NCBI GenBank assembly: GCA_004764695.1
Contig: SMSO01000031.1
Span: forward strand, 9,530,761-9,594,760
DNA from: Schizochytrium sp. TIO01
Taxonomy: Eukaryota; Protista; Bigyra: Labyrinthulomycetes
DNA length: 64,000 bases
Reading direction: 5' to 3'
The notes under the pieces were generated by a model. It had not been told where the DNA came from. It saw nothing but the letters and a program-made list of their open reading frames with translations, and ran no database searches. A program made the translations under genes and the position numbers. Positions 57,832 to 64,000 of the stretch are shown here, one piece after another. Numbering within the stretch: position 1 is the stretch's first letter; the number at the start of each line of letters is the position of its first letter.

Positions 57832-58881
57832 TCAAAGCTCAAAAGGCGCAGGGCAAGAGAGCTGGAGGTCCGCAAAGCGTGGTCCCAAGTTGAGAGTAGA
57901 GGCATGGAGGTGAAGCCGTTGAGTGGAACCAACTTTTTCTGTAGAGTATAGGTCATCACCTAAGATATAGTTTCCTAGAACCGCCATATGTACACGAAGT
58001 TGGTGAGATCTACCAGTAATAGGGTAAAGGCGCACAGAAGAAGTTACTCCATCAGAGCTTAGAACCTCGTACCGTGTCTCGCTTGGCTTTCCGTTCTCAA
58101 AGCAGACCTTTTGCAAAGGACGATAGAACCAGTCATTTACGAGAGGCAATGAAATAATGCCGTGGTTACATGGGAGTACACCCGTGACACGAGCAACGTA
58201 TGACTTGCTCACTTCTCGATCTCGAAAGCTTGCGAAAAGCTCGCGCTCTACATCTTTACTACGCCCCAGCACTATTAAGCCACTGGTACCTTGGTCGAGG
58301 CGATGCCCCAAAAATGCGGACCCAAAAGCTTCAACAGCACGTGTGGCAACAGAGTCTATGCGCTCTGGCCCTCGACCTGGCGTTGATAGTAGGCCTGATG
58401 GCTTATTGACAACAATAATGCTCTCATCCAGGTAAACAATGTCCAGACCAGATGGAATTCCTTCTGGGAAATGAGGCTCTCCAGCTGGCTTAGGCCAATC
58501 CTGGTGCAGCTGAAATGGCAGGGAGTTAACTGCTTCAGGGTGCTCCCGACTCAGGTGTTCATGAGCCTTGCCACAGGGTCCAATGTACACAGTATGAGGG
58601 TAGTTCCATCGCGCTGCACGGCTTTGGGAGCAAGGCAGACATCGTTCATGAAATCTGCAATCATCTGTATTTGCGTTGTCTTTCGCTTCGCCCCTTTCTT
58701 TCAACGAAGAAGACGTAAAACTTCGTTTCTTAGTGCAAGAAGGACCAGCTGTTTGCTTTATGTGGTGACGCATTTCCAGCAGAAGCCTCGAGTCCAGCAA
58801 AAAGAGCCCCCGCGTCCACAGGTTTTTCGAGTTTCCAGGACATGGAGGCATCGGCCACTTCAGCCGCAGCCTCGACCACAT
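57832..58881 (-). CDS. RluA-family pseudouridine synthase with an N-terminal extension (possible mitochondrial presequence)
   Basis: Contains VVNKPSGLLS, catalytic HRLDQGTSG, KSYVARV, PITGRSHQLRVHM, ILGDDLY and RLHLHA. First ATG is at 58881 (MWSRLRLKW...); the ORF track starts at a GTG at 58965. Confidence 0.92.
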   Translation of the reverse strand: MWSRLRLKWPMPPCPGNSKNLWTRGLFLLDSRLLLEMRHHIKQTAGPSCTKKRSFTSSSLKERGEAKDNANTDDCRFHERCLPCSQSRAARWNYPHTVYIGPCGKAHEHLSREHPEAVNSLPFQLHQDWPKPAGEPHFPEGIPSGLDIVYLDESIIVVNKPSGLLSTPGRGPERIDSVATRAVEAFGSAFLGHRLDQGTSGLIVLGRSKDVERELFASFRDREVSKSYVARVTGVLPCNHGIISLPLVNDWFYRPLQKVCFENGKPSETRYEVLSSDGVTSSVRLYPITGRSHQLRVHMAVLGNYILGDDLYSTEKVGSTQRLHLHASTLNLGPRFADLQLSCPAPFEL

Positions 58882-61044
58882 CTTATTTAATTCGCCACTG
58901 CCGCTCCAACGAGAGCAACCATACTTTCTGCTGTTGCTGCTGGTGCTCCCCAATTTTGGCTCCACGACTAGTTCGTACCCAAAGGGAACACCACCAGCCC
59001 AGAAAAGAACAAAAGAACGTCACCTCGGGGTCCTGAGGTGATTCTGCGGACGCCTGGCGCGTTGAAAGAAAGTATAGGTAGATCGTAATCGTAACAGTGA
59101 GAAAACTCAACTCGAATGCTTCAAGTTTAGATGCGATTGTAAGATAAAGCCCGACGGAGGTTGTCTCCAGCGCCATCGAAGGCGATGAACTAAGGTTTTC
59201 TTCGCTCGCTCACGGACTCGCCAGCGGGAGAAGTCATGTGCTTGGAGGTCGACCTTGAGACGACGTGCCTACGTTTGTTTTCTCGCTGTACTGTAATAGG
59301 AGGGTACCTATCCTGGCAAAAGCAAATCAATGCCGGAGACGACACCAGGAATCGATTGATTGCACATTCTTGAGAGCAAGCTTACAAAGTCAGAGGATTT
59401 CTACCAGATTCTTCAAGAGTTGGCAGGTCGGCGAAGCTTGCCAATGTCACCTTCGGCAAGGCTTTCGCAATTTCGAGGGCAGGCTCTGGCTGCGTGGTGC
59501 CTCGTTTGTTTGTTTTATGATTCAGGTGGCCAATGGTGATCTGTCATCTGTAATGTCAGGCAGTCATCGCCAGCGCCATCTTGTTAAACTCGTGGTCCAC
59601 GACCGTGGTGTTTTACTTTATATTCATCGGGCGCAGCAATCGTCTGCTACGAGTTGAACGTTGCGTTGCGTTGCGTTGCGTTGCGAGCGTCAGCTCCATC
59701 GGGATAATGGCGATTACCAGTGAAGGAATGTCCTGGTGCTGATGCTTGTGGGCGTCGCGAACTCTGCTGATCGGCAGGGCACCTCTCGGTTACCTGGGCA
59801 CATGCTGTCGTTTCGGAGGAATGCGGGAACATCATCGCGCCCCGCAAAGCCAGTGACTGGGTCGAGCCACCTCGTCGAAACTTCGCGTGGCTGCGTGCCC
59901 TCAATCGCCTTTAAGTTGCCTAGCTAGAGGTACGTGCTCGCTCGCTCGCTGAGGACCGTTGAGCGCCGTGTCTCCAGGCATTGCTTGCATTAACCACCTG
60001 CCCTGAGGAGCTGGATTTCGTCGTGGGCAGCGCTCGCAGTCTGCCTGTTCAACGCCGGCGCCACATCGCGATGCAGGTCTGCAGCAGCTTTCAGAGGATA
60101 GGCACGCACGTATGCTACGGGTTGCGGCGAGCCTCAGCCCGTCACATGTGTTCATTCGAGCTCTTGCTCTTGCTCTTGCCCGGCAAGCAAGCAAGCTAGT
60201 AAGCTAGCTAGCTACGGGGTTCAATGTCATCGGGGTCAACAACAACAGATTAGTCTGCTGCTTTCGTTTGATGCAGCAGCAGCAGCAGTAGCAGCAGTAG
60301 CAGCAGTTGTTGACTTGATCCAAAGCTCTTGCGGGTTGCACGTATCAGTAGGCCCAACTTGGAGGCGCAAGCTGTTTACAAATTTAGCAAGCAAGCAAGC
60401 AAGCAAACAAGCAAGTCTTCGAGGAGGTTTTCAAGTTCGCTTCAGTGGCACTCTGAAACCTGCCGCCGGCGTGGCGCACTTCGACGCATACTCGAGCGCA
60501 GCAGGGCCCAAAACGAGCTGATCTGCGATGGGTGTCTCGGCATCGATTCATCCGTGTGTGGCGCTGCGTTTCACAGGCTGAGTTTGCGCAGGAGCTCATC
60601 AGTCAGAGCTCCGTGAGTCTCAGGCAGGCCACTTCCTGCCGCAAGAATCGGTCCGTGCGCTCGAGCACAGCTGGCCGTTGACACCGCTCCGAGCGCCTGC
60701 AGCAGCTCCGGCGGGTCCTCTGCCTCGCAGCCTTTGCTCCACTCGGGTCCTGGCGCCGGATCCTTCAGTTCTTGAACATCATTCACGATGGACGATCGAT
60801 GACACCACAATCATCAAAACAACCGTAACCAATTGCGATGAGAGTTTTGGGACCCTATTGCGCAATAGAACTTAGATTTTTTTAGCGAAGAAAAGAAAAG
60901 AAGAGAAGCTGTTTTCACCGCATTCATTGCACAGTTAATCTTCTTTTTGTGTATTTTTAATTTTTATAGGTTATCGAAATCCATAGTAAGGTTAAACAAT
61001 GAAAGTTGAAGGGTAAACTCCAAAGAATGTCGATGTCGATGTCA

Positions 61045-61380
61045 ATGAATGAGCGAATGATTCGATCAATCAATGTCTATGAATGAATGAATCAATCAAT
61101 CAATCAATCAATTCAATCAATTAATCAATGTCAACGAATGAATGAATGAATGAATGAATGATTCCATCAACCAATTTCAATGAATGAATGAATAAAAGAA
61201 TGATTCCATCAACCAATTTCAATGAATGAATGAATAAAAGAATGATTCAATCAACAATCAATGTCAATGAATCAACGATTCAATCAATCAATCTCAATGA
61301 ATCAATGACTCAATGAATGAATGAATGAATCAATCAATCAATGTCCATGAATGAAAGAAAGAAAGAATGAATGAATGAAT
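61045..61380. repeat. Complex GAAT/CAAT satellite including a 42-bp duplication
   Basis: Read directly; gaatgattccatcaaccaatttcaatgaatgaatgaataaaa occurs twice in tandem at ~61156-61240. Confidence 0.9.
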
Positions 61381-62021
61381 CTGTGCACTCATAGAGAAGA
61401 ACTGAATGAAAGAATGAGGAATTGAGGTGCAGTTTCCAAGAACTACCGTCGAAGCGCAGCGGACTTGGCCGAGGCCGAGCTCTGGAGCCAGCTGCGGCGG
61501 CCACCCGCACTGAAGGAGGCGCGCGGGAGGGCGCCTTCGAACGCCCGAGGTTCGAGGCGCCAGCGCTTCCTTCGCGATGGCGTCGCTCGAGACCCATCCC
61601 ACAAACAAGAGCCAACGATGCGAAGGAGGCGAAGAATTGAAGGAGAAGAAGCAGAAGAAGAAGGGCGGCGTTACGAATGCCACAAACGATCGAGAGCTTC
61701 AGTGATTTGTTATATTGTTACGATAAATGGAAAGAAAAAGAGACTCAGAAGAAAGGAAGAAAGAAAAAGAAAGATATGTAAATGTGGATTTCTGTGTGTC
61801 ATAATGAAATAGATTGTGAAGGACCAGCAAAGCAAGATTGAAATCCGCAAAACACGGTCGAGGAAAGTCCAAAACCCGATTGAAGTCCGCGGTCGAAGCA
61901 GCAGCGGAAGGTGAAGAAGCAGCTCGCGACGAGACTGCCTTTTTTGGAGCTAGCAAGCTACACGCAGTTCTTTACAGCGAGGATCAGTCAGGTAGAAACA
62001 GCTCGGGACTAGACAGCCACG

Positions 62022-64000
62022 ATGGGGTCCGGCAAGGAAGCAAACGATGACAAAAACCAAGAGCAGGAGCAGCAAGGCCAAGATGAAGAGGTGGAGTGGG
62101 ACGAGCAGGAAAAACTAGAGGCACAGGAAAAGGCGCATGCAAAGATTACCGCCAACAGCGCCAAGAACCTGGCCACCATTGAAGTACCTGACTCCGCAAG
62201 ACCCGATCTCGGTCTCGGCGCGATCCGCAGATGTGCCATGCCATTTGGCCCCGAGCTCTCCGTGAAGGGCATGCGCACGCTTTATGAAGTCTTTCGCAAC
62301 ACCGCTGAGAACCACAGTGACCGCCCTTGCATGGGTACTCGCTCCGTGGATAAAGATGGCAAGGCAGGGCCTTTCAACTGGCTCACGTACCGGGAGGTCC
62401 AGATTCGTGCCATGAACTTTGCAGCAGGTCTCATGCACTTAGATGTGGTCCAGCCCAACGAGGAGAACCACCGTCTTCTTGGCTTCTTCGCTGTCAACCA
62501 GCGAGGTCTGGTTATCTGTGAAATTGGTGCAATGTCGCAGCGCGTTGTGCCAGTTCCGTTGTACGCAACCCTTGGCATGGAGGCCGTCGAGCACATCATT
62601 GAACAGACTGAGATGCGCGTTGTAGTCTGCAATACCTCCGAGTTTGAAGATACTCTGCTAAAATCCGAAAAGGTTATGGACCAACTCACAACTGTAATTC
62701 TTCTCGATGAGGATGTTGGCGGCGCCCGTCTGGACGAGCTTGTCAAGGCAGCCTCCAAGTTTGATGTCAAGGTTTACACCTTGCCGCAGGTAGAGGAGCT
62801 TGGCGAAGCCCACCCGCGTCCTGTCAACATTCCAAGTGGCAAGGACCTTGCTGTGCTCTGCTACACCAGTGGCTCCACCGGTATGCCCAAGGGTGTCCTC
62901 ATCACGCACAGTGGCTTGATTTCAGCTGTTGCTGGTTTGCGCCACTTTGGCCTTGACATTCACCCGACCGATGTCCACCTCTCGTACCTTCCTCTTGCTC
63001 ACATCTTTGAGCGTGTTCTGACCTACGCAATGTTTTATGGTGGTGCATCTGTCGGTTTTTACCGCGGAAGCCCAAAGCACATTCTTGGAGACCTTAAGGA
63101 ACTTCGCCCGACTATCTTTCCCACTGTGCCGCGCCTCTTGAACAAAATGCATGACTCCATCTGGACCAAGGTTCGCGAAGCCGGCGGTGCACAGAAGATC
63201 GTCTTCGAGAACGTTCTCCAGGCCAAGCTTGAGGCACTCCATGGAGTGACGACAAGCGATAAGCTCTATGCGCTCATGGAAGATGCTGACATCAAGGATT
63301 GGCTGTTTGGTCGGACCTTGAAAGACAAGGTAGAGGATCTGCGCACTGGACGTATTCTTCGTCAGATTGCCGGTGGCAGTGACGAGGATGTAGACAACGC
63401 TGGTGGATTCCAGCAGTGGCTTTTCAAAAAGGTGCTCAGCTCCAAGTCTCACAAGGATCCCAAGGTGGAATTCGGTAGTGACGAATCGGAGTCGACCTCG
63501 GGCAAAAAGCCTAAGCCCCTCTCTGATAAGGTCTTTGACCGTTTCATCTTTAAAGCAATCAAGGAGAAGCTTGGCCTCGACCGCACTCGTATCATCGCTG
63601 TGGGATCCGCACCTATTACTGGTGAAGTTTTGGACTTCTTCCGCTGCGTGCTCGGTATCCCTGTACTCAATGCTTTTGGTTCCACGGAGAGCTCTTGTGT
63701 AATTTCCATCACTCACCCTGATGATGTTACCAGTGGCCATGTTGGTATTCCTGTGCCTTGTAACGAAGTTCGACTCAATGATGTGAGCGATATGGGTTAC
63801 AAGGCCACAGACACGGAGCACAACGGCGAGCCATGCTTGGGACGTGGTGAAATTTGCTTTCGCGGACCCAACGTGTTCCAGGGATACTATAAGATGGAGG
63901 AGAAGACCGCAGAGACCATCGACGATGAGGGCTGGTGCATGACTGGTGACATTGGCATGTGGACAGCAGATGGCAAGCTCAAGATCATCGATCGCAAGAA
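62022..64000 (+). CDS. Long-chain fatty acyl-CoA synthetase (ACSL/LACS type), 3'-truncated by the window edge; absent from the ORF track
   Basis: Manual translation from ATG 62022 (context gccacgATGg, in-frame TAG at 62010) is open to the window end. Motifs: PLYATLG, CYTSGSTGMPKG (~62859-62894), SYLPLAHIFER, VPRLL, GSAP, FGSTE, RGEICFRGPNVFQGYYK and TGDIG...LKIIDRK. Confidence 0.96.
   Translation, partial: MGSGKEANDDKNQEQEQQGQDEEVEWDEQEKLEAQEKAHAKITANSAKNLATIEVPDSARPDLGLGAIRRCAMPFGPELSVKGMRTLYEVFRNTAENHSDRPCMGTRSVDKDGKAGPFNWLTYREVQIRAMNFAAGLMHLDVVQPNEENHRLLGFFAVNQRGLVICEIGAMSQRVVPVPLYATLGMEAVEHIIEQTEMRVVVCNTSEFEDTLLKSEKVMDQLTTVILLDEDVGGARLDELVKAASKFDVKVYTLPQVEELGEAHPRPVNIPSGKDLAVLCYTSGSTGMPKGVLITHSGLISAVAGLRHFGLDIHPTDVHLSYLPLAHIFERVLTYAMFYGGASVGFYRGSPKHILGDLKELRPTIFPTVPRLLNKMHDSIWTKVREAGGAQKIVFENVLQAKLEALHGVTTSDKLYALMEDADIKDWLFGRTLKDKVEDLRTGRILRQIAGGSDEDVDNAGGFQQWLFKKVLSSKSHKDPKVEFGSDESESTSGKKPKPLSDKVFDRFIFKAIKEKLGLDRTRIIAVGSAPITGEVLDFFRCVLGIPVLNAFGSTESSCVISITHPDDVTSGHVGIPVPCNEVRLNDVSDMGYKATDTEHNGEPCLGRGEICFRGPNVFQGYYKMEEKTAETIDDEGWCMTGDIGMWTADGKLKIIDRK

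Overview
Eukaryotic nuclear DNA. The genes are apparently intron-free in their coding regions and are separated by long spacers rich in microsatellites. This style best fits a heterotrophic stramenopile such as a thraustochytrid (inference, not a database result). I support 13 protein-coding loci. In order: the 3' end of a GH5/endoglycoceramidase-like gene, an LtrA-family membrane protein, phosphopantetheine adenylyltransferase, a His/Cys-rich double-YccF membrane protein, a membrane-anchored class I cyclic-nucleotide phosphodiesterase, four tandem diverged ferric-reductase (FRD/flavocytochrome b) paralogues on the minus strand, a THAP-like zinc-finger/polyQ protein, FACT subunit SSRP1 with two HMG boxes, a bacterial-type RluA pseudouridine synthase, and the 5' part of a long-chain acyl-CoA synthetase that the ORF track misses because it runs off the window. 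Three genes (YccF, the first reductase, THAP) are each split by one frameshift, most simply assembly indels. The best candidate for a system is the reductase array, with a 21-bp-phased GATA-site repeat upstream of one copy and possibly the metal-ligand-rich YccF protein nearby. I found no tRNA, rRNA, CRISPR array or intact transposon.
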